Origin: Bryobacterales bacterium
GTDB lineage: Bacteria; Acidobacteriota; Terriglobia; Bryobacterales; UBA6623
Direction of reading: 5' to 3'
Length of the DNA: 64,000 bases
NCBI GenBank assembly: GCA_963422375.2
Contig: OY729428.2
Coordinates: 2,112,001 to 2,176,000 of the forward strand
Of the stretch, positions 50,175 through 59,655 are shown in pieces. Each line of letters opens with the position of its first letter. The first letter of the stretch is position 1. The translations under genes and the position numbers were made by a program. The notes under the pieces are model-generated. The model made no database searches. It saw nothing but the letters and a program-made list of their open reading frames with translations, and was not told where the DNA came from.

Positions 50175-50879
50175 TTGGCAAGGATCCGTCGCAGGGAACT
50201 CAAGCGTGACCGCTTCGTCGAGGAGGTCACCCACCAAGTCGAGTATCTCTCAGGGCATCGCAAGCAGTTCGTCTGGGGCGGTATCGTAGCAGCCGTCCTG
50301 CTCGTAGGCGGTCTGGGCTACTCGGCGTATGCCTCGCAGAGGCATGCGGCCTCGTTAGCTGCCTTGATGGACGCGATCGACCTGTTCCATGGAGTGGTCA
50401 CCGACGAGGCCCCGCCCGGCGTGAAGAGATTCCCAACGGAGACAGACCGCGTGGAGCAAGTAACTCGCGCCTTGGACGCGATCCTGCTCGACTACTCCGG
50501 CACGGTCGCGGATGCCGGGGCATCCTATTACTCGGGTCTCTTGGATCGCGAACGGGGCAACCTTGCCGAAGCGCAGTCGCACCTAGAGCAGGCAACGCGG
50601 GGCAGGGGCGACGAATTTCCCGGCTTGGCACGGCTGGCGCTCGGCGGGCTGCTCCTGGACCAAGGCGAGTCCGAGTCGGCGCGGGAGCATTTCCAGAAGC
50701 TGGCGGAGAGCCCCACCCGAACGGTGTCCAAGGATCGCGCCTTGATCGAGCTGGCGAGGACGTACCTAGGCAGCGACGCCGAGCAGGCCCGCGAGATCCT
50801 TCAGGGAATCCAGACCTCGAACAGTCCCGCCAGCCCCTTGGCGGCGACCCTGTTGGAGGCGATCGGCGAGGGCAGTTGA
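50175..50879 (+). CDS. Membrane-anchored TPR protein (YfgM-like)
   Basis: RRELKRDRF N-terminus, single TM, TPR-like helices; TTG start after GGAAGG. Confidence 0.8.
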   Translation: MARIRRRELKRDRFVEEVTHQVEYLSGHRKQFVWGGIVAAVLLVGGLGYSAYASQRHAASLAALMDAIDLFHGVVTDEAPPGVKRFPTETDRVEQVTRALDAILLDYSGTVADAGASYYSGLLDRERGNLAEAQSHLEQATRGRGDEFPGLARLALGGLLLDQGESESAREHFQKLAESPTRTVSKDRALIELARTYLGSDAEQAREILQGIQTSNSPASPLAATLLEAIGEGS

Positions 50880-50892
50880 TTCCGGCCACTGC

Positions 50893-52044
50893 ATGACGGC
50901 TCGATTGCGGTTCCCGACCGAGCGGTCGCTCCTCCGGAAGCATCCCGAGCCGAAGGGCCCCGCGCCCTATCGCAATGCCTTTCAGCGCGACCGCGACCGC
51001 ATCATCCATTCGCGCGCGTTCCGGCGTCTCGCGGGCAAGACGCAGGTCACGACCCTTCCGGACTCCCATCACAGCCGCACGCGTCTGACTCACACGCTCG
51101 AGGTCTCCCAAGTCGCCCGCACCGTCGCTACTGCCCTCGACCTCAACGTCGATCTAGTGGAAGCGCTCGCACTCGGCCACGACCTTGGCCACCCGGCCTT
51201 TGGGCACACCGGAGAGTCCGCCCTCGACACGGAGATGCAGCGCTTCGGGCTCCGCTTCGATCACAACCTCCACGCGCTCCGCATCGTGGAGCACTTCGAG
51301 CGCCGATACGCGGCGTTTCGGGGTCTCAACCTCACGTTCGAAGTGAGGGAGGGCTTGGTGAAGCACTCCCGCGAGCTCGACCCCGGCGAGCCCCTCCACC
51401 AGGAGTACTTGCCGCACCTGCGCCCGCTCCTAGAAGCGCAGATTATCGACGCGGCGGACGAGATCGCCTACCTCAGCGCGGACATGGAGGACGCCGTCTC
51501 TGAGGGATTCCTGGAGCAAGCCGCTCTGCGAGAGCGAGTATCGGCGTTTGCCGAGCTGGCCGAGCAGACGAGGTCGACCTATCCCGAGGCAAGCGAAAGG
51601 CTCCAGCTCAGGGAGATTCAGCGCCGCTTGGTGGGCAGGCTGGTCGAGTGGTTCGTCGACGGCGTCCGGGCGGCGGCGGACAGGTCGGGAGCGATGGACT
51701 GCGGGGAAGTGCGCCGTCTGCCGCAACGCATCGCCAGCCCCGAGGCCCCAGCCCTCTTGATCATGCGTGAGCTCCGGGGTGTTCTTTCGGATTGCTATTA
51801 CAACGCCGCAGAGACGCGGCGTGTCGCGGGCCGCTACGCGGAACGGCTCAGCGAGTTGTTCCGCTACTTTGTCGACCACCCCGAATCGCTCCCTGGCAGC
51901 TACGCCGAGCAGTTCGGCGCGCAGCCCCTGCCGCAGCTGGTCTGCGACTATATCGCAGGCATGACCGACTCCTACTTGCTGCGCTGCCATGCCAAGTTGC
52001 TGGGAGGTGATCCCGGTGAAGCCGCCCCCAGCGGACTCGCGTAG
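50893..52044 (+). CDS. dgt: Deoxyguanosinetriphosphate triphosphohydrolase-like HD protein
   Basis: FQRDRDRIIHS, KTQV, RTRLTHTLEV, HDLGHP.FGH.GE, DYIAGMTD. Confidence 0.93.
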   Translation: MTARLRFPTERSLLRKHPEPKGPAPYRNAFQRDRDRIIHSRAFRRLAGKTQVTTLPDSHHSRTRLTHTLEVSQVARTVATALDLNVDLVEALALGHDLGHPAFGHTGESALDTEMQRFGLRFDHNLHALRIVEHFERRYAAFRGLNLTFEVREGLVKHSRELDPGEPLHQEYLPHLRPLLEAQIIDAADEIAYLSADMEDAVSEGFLEQAALRERVSAFAELAEQTRSTYPEASERLQLREIQRRLVGRLVEWFVDGVRAAADRSGAMDCGEVRRLPQRIASPEAPALLIMRELRGVLSDCYYNAAETRRVAGRYAERLSELFRYFVDHPESLPGSYAEQFGAQPLPQLVCDYIAGMTDSYLLRCHAKLLGGDPGEAAPSGLA

Positions 52045-52045
52045 G

Positions 52046-52600
52046 ATGGCACCGTTCCGGCTGCTCGCTGCCGCCGCGGCGGCCTGCTGGGCACTGATCC
52101 CGCTGGTACCGATGCCGGTCGTGGACTGCCCGTGTGATCATGCCGATCCCGAGAGCCTGTCCCCCCGGGTGTGCAGCCTCTGCGGCACTGCCGAAGAGGC
52201 CTCCGAGGAGATCTACTTCCTGAAGGACATCAATCCACACAAGCCCAACCGCTACCTCGCGCTGCCCAAATCTCACGGAAGCGGCTTCCAGTCGACCGCG
52301 CATCTTCCGAGCGAGTCGCGGGCACGCCTGTGGCAACGAGCTGCGGAGCGAGCTGAGAACATTTACCCGGGCCGCTGGGGCCTGGCTCAGAACAGCCATT
52401 TCTTTCGCACGCAGTGCCACGCCCACATTCACATCGGTCCGCTCAGCCCCGAAGTCGAAGACACCGGCGGAACGCTGTACGAGTCAGTCGGCGAATTCCC
52501 GAACGTGGGCCCGGAGCAGGGAATCTGGGTCCACCCCAAGAACAGAGCATTCTGCCTGCATCTCGACCGCGACCTAGCCGAGGTCGTCCTGGTGCGCTGA
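52046..52600 (+). CDS. Exported HIT-like protein (CDP-diacylglycerol diphosphatase-like motif)
   Basis: Signal peptide, KDINP..YLALP, GLAQN..RTQCHAHIHIG. Confidence 0.6.
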   Translation: MAPFRLLAAAAAACWALIPLVPMPVVDCPCDHADPESLSPRVCSLCGTAEEASEEIYFLKDINPHKPNRYLALPKSHGSGFQSTAHLPSESRARLWQRAAERAENIYPGRWGLAQNSHFFRTQCHAHIHIGPLSPEVEDTGGTLYESVGEFPNVGPEQGIWVHPKNRAFCLHLDRDLAEVVLVR

Positions 52601-53187
52601 GGTCTCGGGCGTTCGCGAGCGCCCCGCCGGCACATCCCCCCGGCGGGGCTAGGAGGCGTCGCGGTCACCGAGGGCGGGCGCCGAGGATGCGCCGAGGATG
52701 CGCCGAGACTGCATACCGGCCGATCCGAGGCATCGCAGTCTCCCGACCCTGCGCACGGGCTCTGAGACACCTCCATCGACCGTGCGATCGCTAAGCGCCC
52801 ACCAGCAGTCTGGTGTCGCCATCGAACTGATCTAAGTCCTTACAAAACAATCACATGAATTAGCATACATGAAGTCGATCATAGAGTCTTCCAGGACGTA
52901 TCCGAGTTGGATGGCCTCCCTTGTCAGCTCGTTGCGCACGCGCTGGGCGAACGTCAAGCCTGGCGGCGGGAAGGACTTCGCCTGCTAGCGGCACAGCACC
53001 CGACGAACGCTGCCGGGAGCGATTCAGTCTCCGACGGGATCTGCCCGCCCCGCCGCAGTCGAGCCCAAGCCGGCCGTTAGGGACCGAGATCGAGGTCCGG
53101 GCGCGCGCCCGTGCCGGGTCCCTGCATCCCGGCATCCGGAGTCCCAGCCCACCGAGATCGAGCCTCAGCGCTGGACGCGGGCCGAGC

Positions 53188-54189
53188 TCAAGGCGCTTCC
53201 CAGCTTCCGCTGGCCGCCGATCGGAACACGGCGTCGACGATCCGCATCCCCTGCACGGCATTCTCGAGAGGGAACTCCAGCGGCTCGCCCGTTCGGATCG
53301 CCGTCGACATGACCTCGCCTTGCGCCGTGTACTGGTCCGTTACCGGCAGCTCGTCGACCACGACTCCCGCGTTCCCGAGCTGCGAGCCGTCGTCCAGAAA
53401 GATGCGACACGGCCTGTCCGGAGGCGCGTTGAACGGAATCTCGATCTCGATCCGCCCGCCCGTTCCTAGAGCCTGGATGCGCTGGAAGGGTGTGATCTGG
53501 GTCGAGCAGGTGAACGTGGCATGCCCGCCGGGGAAATCGAGCATCGCCGACGTCAGGCGATCGATGTGCCAGTCCGGATCGCGCTCGATCAGGCTGATGA
53601 CGCGCGTCGGTTCCGATTCGAAGAGAAAGCGCGCCCCGGTGATCGGGTAACAGCCGATGTCGTAGAGACCACCGCCGCCGATGTCAGCGATATTGCGGAT
53701 ATTGCGCGGATCCCTGTTGTTGTAGCTGAAGAAGCCCTGCACAGCGCGCAAGTCGCCGATCTTGCCGGACCGTACGATCTCCCGCGCCCTGAGCCATTGC
53801 GGGTGGTAGCGCACCATGAAGGCTTCCTGGACCAAGACACCGGACGCATCACGCGCTTCGACCAAGGCGTGGGCTTCCGCGGCGTTCAGGGCGAGCGGCT
53901 TCTCGCAAAGGACGTGCTTGCCTGCTTGTGCGGCCTTGACCGAAAGCGGCACGTGCAGGTGGTTCGGCAGCGGGTTGTAAACGGCCTCGATGTCCGGGTC
54001 GGCCAGCAGCTCCTCGTACGAACCGTAAGCTCTCGGGATCCCGAGGGAAGCCGCGGCGCTGCGAGCCCGGGCCGAGTCGCGCGACGCGATGGCCGCGATC
54101 TCGCACGAATCGGCCCGCTGCATGGCGGGAATCACCTTCTGCAGACCGATCTTCGCGGTGCTGAGAATCCCCCACCGGACTGGTTCCAC
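53188..54189 (-). CDS. Gfo/Idh/MocA-family oxidoreductase
   Basis: WGILSTAKIG, YNPLPNHLH, GKHVLCEKP, GGGLYDIGCY. Confidence 0.95.
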   Translation of the reverse strand: MEPVRWGILSTAKIGLQKVIPAMQRADSCEIAAIASRDSARARSAAASLGIPRAYGSYEELLADPDIEAVYNPLPNHLHVPLSVKAAQAGKHVLCEKPLALNAAEAHALVEARDASGVLVQEAFMVRYHPQWLRAREIVRSGKIGDLRAVQGFFSYNNRDPRNIRNIADIGGGGLYDIGCYPITGARFLFESEPTRVISLIERDPDWHIDRLTSAMLDFPGGHATFTCSTQITPFQRIQALGTGGRIEIEIPFNAPPDRPCRIFLDDGSQLGNAGVVVDELPVTDQYTAQGEVMSTAIRTGEPLEFPLENAVQGMRIVDAVFRSAASGSWEAP

Positions 54190-54254
54190 GGGATCACCTC
54201 TCGATGCCGTCAGCCAGGAGCGGGCTGCGAGGCCCGGCTCGAGCTAGCGGCCGC

Positions 54255-55067
54255 TCACATGTATCCGCCGGCCGTAGCTGCGGCGGCGGGCTCGCGCAGG
54301 GCCGCGTCCATTTCGGAACGGATGGCTCGGAAGCCGCTGAGCAGCACGGACATGTCGGTCCCGCACACCAAGAACCGCGCTCCGTGGTCGCGTGCGCGCT
54401 GGAGCATCTTGGTATTGCCGAAGTGAACGCCCGGAGCGACGCCGGCGCGGTTGCAGGCGTCCACCATGCGATCAAACGCCGACCAGAATCTCGGATGCTC
54501 GAAGTCTCCTGGAACGCCGAGCGAGACCGAGAGGTCGAACGGGCCGACCATCGTCGCGTCCACGCCCTCGACGGCGACGATCTCCTCGATCGCGTCGACG
54601 CAGCCTTGGGTTTCCATCTGCACCACCACCATGGACTCGCGGTTCGCCGATTCCATTTCGGCCGCGGCGCCCTTGAAGTCGAGGTCGGTGACGATGCTGC
54701 GCAAGCCGTAGCCGCGACGGCCGAGGGGCGGGAACTTCATGGCCGCCACGATCTTGCGGACCTCGTCCACGGATTCGGTGCGCGGGTTGATGATGCCCAT
54801 CGCACCGACGTCGAGCATTCTCGCGAGGAAAAAGTACTCCGCCTGCGGGACGCGGACCAGCGGCACGACGCCGACGGGCTTGGCGACCCGCACGAAGGAC
54901 TGCACGTCGTCGAAGCTGGTCCTTGCGTGCTCGCTGTCGATGAAAAAGAAATCGAGGCCCGCGGCCTGGATGGCGATGACGATCTCCGGGTTGAAGCAGT
55001 CGGTGACGCAGGTCCCGAGGACGCTGCCACCGGCCTGAAGCGTCGCTTTGATGGCGTTCCGTTTCAT
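54255..55067 (-). CDS. HpcH/HpaI aldolase family protein
   Basis: FIDSEH, LDVGAMGI, FPPLGRRG, QMET, GPFDLS. Confidence 0.93.
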   Translation of the reverse strand: MKRNAIKATLQAGGSVLGTCVTDCFNPEIVIAIQAAGLDFFFIDSEHARTSFDDVQSFVRVAKPVGVVPLVRVPQAEYFFLARMLDVGAMGIINPRTESVDEVRKIVAAMKFPPLGRRGYGLRSIVTDLDFKGAAAEMESANRESMVVVQMETQGCVDAIEEIVAVEGVDATMVGPFDLSVSLGVPGDFEHPRFWSAFDRMVDACNRAGVAPGVHFGNTKMLQRARDHGARFLVCGTDMSVLLSGFRAIRSEMDAALREPAAAATAGGYM

Positions 55068-55123
55068 GGGACGACCGCCGATTCTACCAGCGATGCCTCG
55101 GTTCGGCGACCGGCGGAACGGAG

Positions 55124-55200
<77 letters not shown>

Positions 55201-55387
55201 GAGGATTCCGTGCGTTGCACCGGCTACACGGCTACCACTGAACCCATTGTAGCACAGTTCGGCGCGCGAGCGGGACCCCCACTCACCGCTTCGGGTGACG
55301 CCAACCCTAGTGTAGACTGTCGATACCCAATTTCACCCAATTTCGCGACGCGGCTTCGTGGCCCTTCGCAATGCTACAGGGGGAAGA

Positions 55388-55804
55388 ATGGACAAGAAAA
55401 ACCTGGTCATCTGCGGCTTGGCGGTCTTCGTAGTCCGCCAAGTCCTGGACTACCTCATTCACGGAGTGATACTCGCCGGCGCCTACGAAGCCACCTTCGA
55501 CCTCTGGCGACCCGACGCAGAGATGGCGTCGCTGATGCCGGCCATGTTCGCCGGAGGCCTGTTCTGGTCGTTCGTGTTCGCGTACATCTTCAGCTGGGCG
55601 CGCAGAGGGCCCGGCCTAATGGAGGGGGTCCGCTTCGGATGCATCATCGGGCTGTTCGTTACGGTACCCATTCTGGGGAATTACGTCGTGATGCCAATTC
55701 CGGGATCCCTCGCGCTCAGCTGGTTCGCGTTCGGCATGATCCAGGTCGTGATCTGCGGCGCCGTGCTCTCCTTGGTGTTCCGCCCGTCGACCAAGGCGAA
55801 GTAA
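55388..55804 (+). CDS. Four-TM membrane protein (DUF1761-like)
   Basis: Hydrophobic helices, YLIHGVIL..Y...LWRP, EGVRFG. Confidence 0.8.
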   Translation: MDKKNLVICGLAVFVVRQVLDYLIHGVILAGAYEATFDLWRPDAEMASLMPAMFAGGLFWSFVFAYIFSWARRGPGLMEGVRFGCIIGLFVTVPILGNYVVMPIPGSLALSWFAFGMIQVVICGAVLSLVFRPSTKAK

Positions 55805-56063
55805 CGCCCGCCGGAAGCCGGAGGGCCCGGTCCGCCGAATCGCGCCCTCGACCCGGCCGAATCCAGACCGGCCGGCCATCTTGGACGTCGAGTCCATTCC
55901 AAGGCAGCGTGCCTGCAGTGCCGGACAGCGCCGAGGATGGCCGGCGCCGAAGCCGGGCTCCCGCAAGTCGGGTCGCGGGCCAAGCGGCGTTCGCCTGACC
56001 GGCGCCGCGCTTGACGCGACGCAGTGCCCGGCGGGCCCGCGGCCGCTCGGCGGCCGGCGAGCG

Positions 56064-57365
56064 TCAAACGCCGGGCATCGCCTTCTTCAGGGGCCTTAGC
56101 ATGGCGGCGAGCAGTGCCGCGACTGCCACGCACATCAGTCCCAGCACCGCGAAGAACATGGAATGCGGCCAGCGCGTCCAGTACACCCCGATCGCCGTGA
56201 GCTTGTTCCCGACAGCGGTGGCCACGAACCACCCGCCCATCATCGTGCCGCGGTGACGGAAGGGAGCGACCTTCGACACCAGCGAGAGGCCCATGGGCGA
56301 CAGCAGCAGCTCGCCGAGGGTCACTACGCCGTAGGAGGCGATCAGCCAGGCCGGCGACACCTGGTAGGCATAGGGGTCAGCCCCTGTCACGGTGGCCTCG
56401 CCGACGCGGGCCGCCCAGTACAGCACGAAGAACGAGAGCCCTGTCAGGAACATGCCCAGCGTCATCTTGGCGGGAGTCGAAGGCTCCCGCCCGAATTGGC
56501 CCAGCATCTTCCAGAACGCGACGAGCGGGAACGAAAGGATCAGGATCCAAGCGGGGTTGATCGCGTTCGAGATCGTTCCCGAGACATCCCAGTCGGTGTT
56601 GTCGTCGGCCCAGTAGGTCAGTGTGGAGCCGTTCTGGTGGAACGCCATCCAGAACACAACCACGATGAGAAACACTACCAGCAAGGCACCGATGCGGCGC
56701 GAGTCGGACACGCTGTCGAGCGCGCTGGAGCCCGCTCCGGCGGGCGGGGCGATGGGAGCGTCCGCTTGGCGCACGTGCTTCCGGTTGAAGTACAGCGTGA
56801 CGACGGAAATCACCATCCCGAAGGCCGCCACAGCGAACGCCGGGTGGTAGCCCGCCCTCTGCTTGACCAGTTCCATCACCACCGGCGCCACGAACGCGCC
56901 GACATTGATGCCGAAGTAGAAGATGACGAAGGCACGGTCCTTGAGCGGGCTGCCGTCGGGGTACAGGTTCCCGACCATCGTCGAGACGTTCGGCTTGAAC
57001 AATCCGTTCCCGACCACCAAGCAGAACAGCGCCACGTAGACGATCGTCAGCGACTTGAAGGAGAGCAGGAGGTGCCCCGCAATGAAGAAGATTCCTCCGA
57101 GCAGCGTCGTCCGCAGGTAGCCGAGATACCGGTCGGCCAGCAGACCGCCTACGAACGGGCTCGCGTAGACGAAGGTGAGGTACCACGAGTACAGGCTGGT
57201 GGCTTCCGCTTCGGTCCAGCCGAAGCCGTCGGTGGCGTCCCTCAGGTACAGGGTGAACAGGGAGAGCATCGAGTAGAAGCTGAACCTCTCCCACGCCTCG
57301 GAGGCGAAGAGGACGTACAGGCCCCTCGGATGGCGCCCTGGCGGAGTCAGTTGGGAATCGAGCAT
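56064..57365 (-). CDS. Proton-dependent oligopeptide transporter (POT/PTR2)
   Basis: HPRGL, EAWERFSFY, GNGLFKPN, FYFGINVG, GELLLSP. Confidence 0.95.
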   Translation of the reverse strand: MLDSQLTPPGRHPRGLYVLFASEAWERFSFYSMLSLFTLYLRDATDGFGWTEAEATSLYSWYLTFVYASPFVGGLLADRYLGYLRTTLLGGIFFIAGHLLLSFKSLTIVYVALFCLVVGNGLFKPNVSTMVGNLYPDGSPLKDRAFVIFYFGINVGAFVAPVVMELVKQRAGYHPAFAVAAFGMVISVVTLYFNRKHVRQADAPIAPPAGAGSSALDSVSDSRRIGALLVVFLIVVVFWMAFHQNGSTLTYWADDNTDWDVSGTISNAINPAWILILSFPLVAFWKMLGQFGREPSTPAKMTLGMFLTGLSFFVLYWAARVGEATVTGADPYAYQVSPAWLIASYGVVTLGELLLSPMGLSLVSKVAPFRHRGTMMGGWFVATAVGNKLTAIGVYWTRWPHSMFFAVLGLMCVAVAALLAAMLRPLKKAMPGV

Positions 57366-57600
57366 GGCACGGCTGGCTATAGGGGCTAATCGGGGCGTCC
57401 CGAGCGCGTCTTCAGGCGGCCAGGCGCTGGCGCCATGTTACCCCACGTCGGCTCCGCGCCGAGTTTCCGGAGCTACCGCTCTCCTGCGCTGGCCGTCTAT
57501 TCGGTTGCTCGGACGGCGGCCCGCCGGCTCCCCTGTGGGAAGATAGGGTTCCGGCGGACGGGGGCCGCTGCCGCGAACCGCGGTGCCGTCGGCGCGGCAG

Positions 57601-58839
57601 ATGGGCTCTCGCTCCTCAATTCGCAAGATCGGAGTGCTTGTCCGCACGTTCCGGTCGTTCCGCTACCGCAACTTCCGCTGGCTGTGGTTCGGGGCGTTCA
57701 CCTCGACAACCGGATTCTTCGTAGCGCAGGTTGCCGAGAGCTGGTACGTCTACCAGAAGACGAGCTCCGAGAGCCTGCTCGGGCTGACAGCCTTCCTGAA
57801 CGGCCTCCCGATCCTCTTGTTCTCCGTGCTGGGCGGCGTGCTGGCAGACCGGATGGACCGACGGCACCTGCTGATCGGCTCGCAAGTGATGCAGATGAGC
57901 GCGGCCCTGGGGCTGGCGATCCTCTTCTCGCTGGAACGCATCGAGATCTGGCACATCCTCGTGGCGGCCTTCGCGGCCGGCCTCGGGCAGGCCTTCGGGG
58001 GCCCGGCTTACCAGGCCCTGATCCCCTCGCTCGTGCCCAAGCGACACCTCCCCAATGCAATCGCCCTGCTGTCGATCCAGTTCAACCTCGCCGGGACGGT
58101 CGGGCGACCCATCGGCGGGGGGGTATTCGACCTGCTCGGCCCGGCGATGTGCTTCTACGTCAACGCGCTGAGTTTCCTAGCCGTGATAGTCTCGCTGCTG
58201 CTGCTGCGGATCCCGTTCGTTCCGAAACCGGGCCAGCCCAACCTGCTGCGCAGCCTGCACGAGGGCTTCCGGGCGATCCACGCCAGTTACGCGCTGCGTT
58301 CCCTGATGCTCCTCGCGGTCGTCACGGCATTCTGCGGGGTGCCGATCGCGCTTCTGCTGCCGGTCTTCGCCCGTGACGTGTACTCCTTGGACGCTGCTGG
58401 ATTCGGCTGGATGGGCGCGGTGCTGGGCGCCGGGGCGGTTGTCGGCGCGCTCAATGTGGCGCGTCTCGGCAATGCCCCGAAGAAGGGCCGCAAGTCGCTC
58501 AACATGCAGGTGTTTCTCGGCGTAACGATCATCGGTTTCGCGCTCGCGCGATGGCTCTGGCTGGGTTCCGTGCTGCTGTTCGTCTGCGGGGGCGCGATCC
58601 TCGCGGTCTTCACCATGGTCACCTCGCTGGTCCAGCTCAACGTGGCGGAAGAGATGCGCGGTCGGATCATGAGCGTGCACAACACCGCATTCCGGGGCGT
58701 GATGCCTCTCAGCAACGTCATCTGCGGCTACACCGCCGAGAAGTTCGGCGCCAGCAACGTCCTGAGCGTCAACGGCGCCATGCTGGTCGTGGTCGCTCTG
58801 GCCTACATGGTCAGCGGCAACGGGGTCAACGCTTTGTGA
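57601..58839 (+). CDS. MFS transporter
   Basis: About 12 TM segments, GGVLADRMDRR, EMRGRIM; start approximate. Confidence 0.92.
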   Translation: MGSRSSIRKIGVLVRTFRSFRYRNFRWLWFGAFTSTTGFFVAQVAESWYVYQKTSSESLLGLTAFLNGLPILLFSVLGGVLADRMDRRHLLIGSQVMQMSAALGLAILFSLERIEIWHILVAAFAAGLGQAFGGPAYQALIPSLVPKRHLPNAIALLSIQFNLAGTVGRPIGGGVFDLLGPAMCFYVNALSFLAVIVSLLLLRIPFVPKPGQPNLLRSLHEGFRAIHASYALRSLMLLAVVTAFCGVPIALLLPVFARDVYSLDAAGFGWMGAVLGAGAVVGALNVARLGNAPKKGRKSLNMQVFLGVTIIGFALARWLWLGSVLLFVCGGAILAVFTMVTSLVQLNVAEEMRGRIMSVHNTAFRGVMPLSNVICGYTAEKFGASNVLSVNGAMLVVVALAYMVSGNGVNAL

Positions 58840-58936
58840 TCCCGGACCGCGTGCCGCTCGCCGGGGCCCGTGTCTTGCGAAGCGGACGGCCGCTGTCCGG
58901 CTCGTCGTCGTCCCGATCCGAAGTACACTCGATTCC

Positions 58937-59395
58937 ATGAGGAAGCAAGTATCCGTCGAGGAGTTCCGGGCCGCTATCGGCCAAGAGATTGCGGTCAGCG
59001 ACTGGTTCGAGATCAACCAAGATCGCATCAACACCTTCGCGGACACCACCGAAGACCATCAGTGGATCCACGTCGACATCGAGCGGGCAGCGAAAGAGTC
59101 CCCGTTCAAGACCACGATCGGCCACGGCTTCCTAAGCCTCTCGATGCTGTCGCCGATCATGATGGGCACGGTGAAAGTGGCCGGGAACTTCCGGCACGGC
59201 ATCAATTACGGTTTGAATCGCGTCCGGTTCCCGGCGCCGGTGCCGGCCGGAAGCCGCATTCGCGGCCGGATCACTCCGCAGGCCATCGAGGAGCACGCCT
59301 GGGGCGTGCAGACCGTGTGGCTGGTCCACGTGGAGCTCGAGGGGGCGCCGAAACCCTGCGTAGTCGCCGAATGGGTCACTCGGGCCTATCGCTAG
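58937..59395 (+). CDS. MaoC-family dehydratase
   Basis: FADTTEDHQWIHVD, TIGHGFL, NYGLNRVRFPAPV. Confidence 0.94.
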   Translation: MRKQVSVEEFRAAIGQEIAVSDWFEINQDRINTFADTTEDHQWIHVDIERAAKESPFKTTIGHGFLSLSMLSPIMMGTVKVAGNFRHGINYGLNRVRFPAPVPAGSRIRGRITPQAIEEHAWGVQTVWLVHVELEGAPKPCVVAEWVTRAYR

Positions 59396-59655
59396 CGAGG
59401 CTGGGCCTCGGCCCGACGAGGGCCCGGCGCGCGTCCGGAGCTGTCCTCCGGTCGCTGCTCGACTCGGCCGGGTGAACCCGTCGCGAACCGCCGCGCGCTC
59501 GGACGGGGACTGTCGGCAGCCTTAGGGCACTGCCCACGCCCGAGCCACTTGCGCGAGGCCCCCTCGCCGACGGCCGAAACGACAGTCTCCGAGAAGGCCG
59601 GCCGATCGTCGCGTCAACTTGACCCCGGCGTAAACGCTACACCGAGGCCTGCAAT

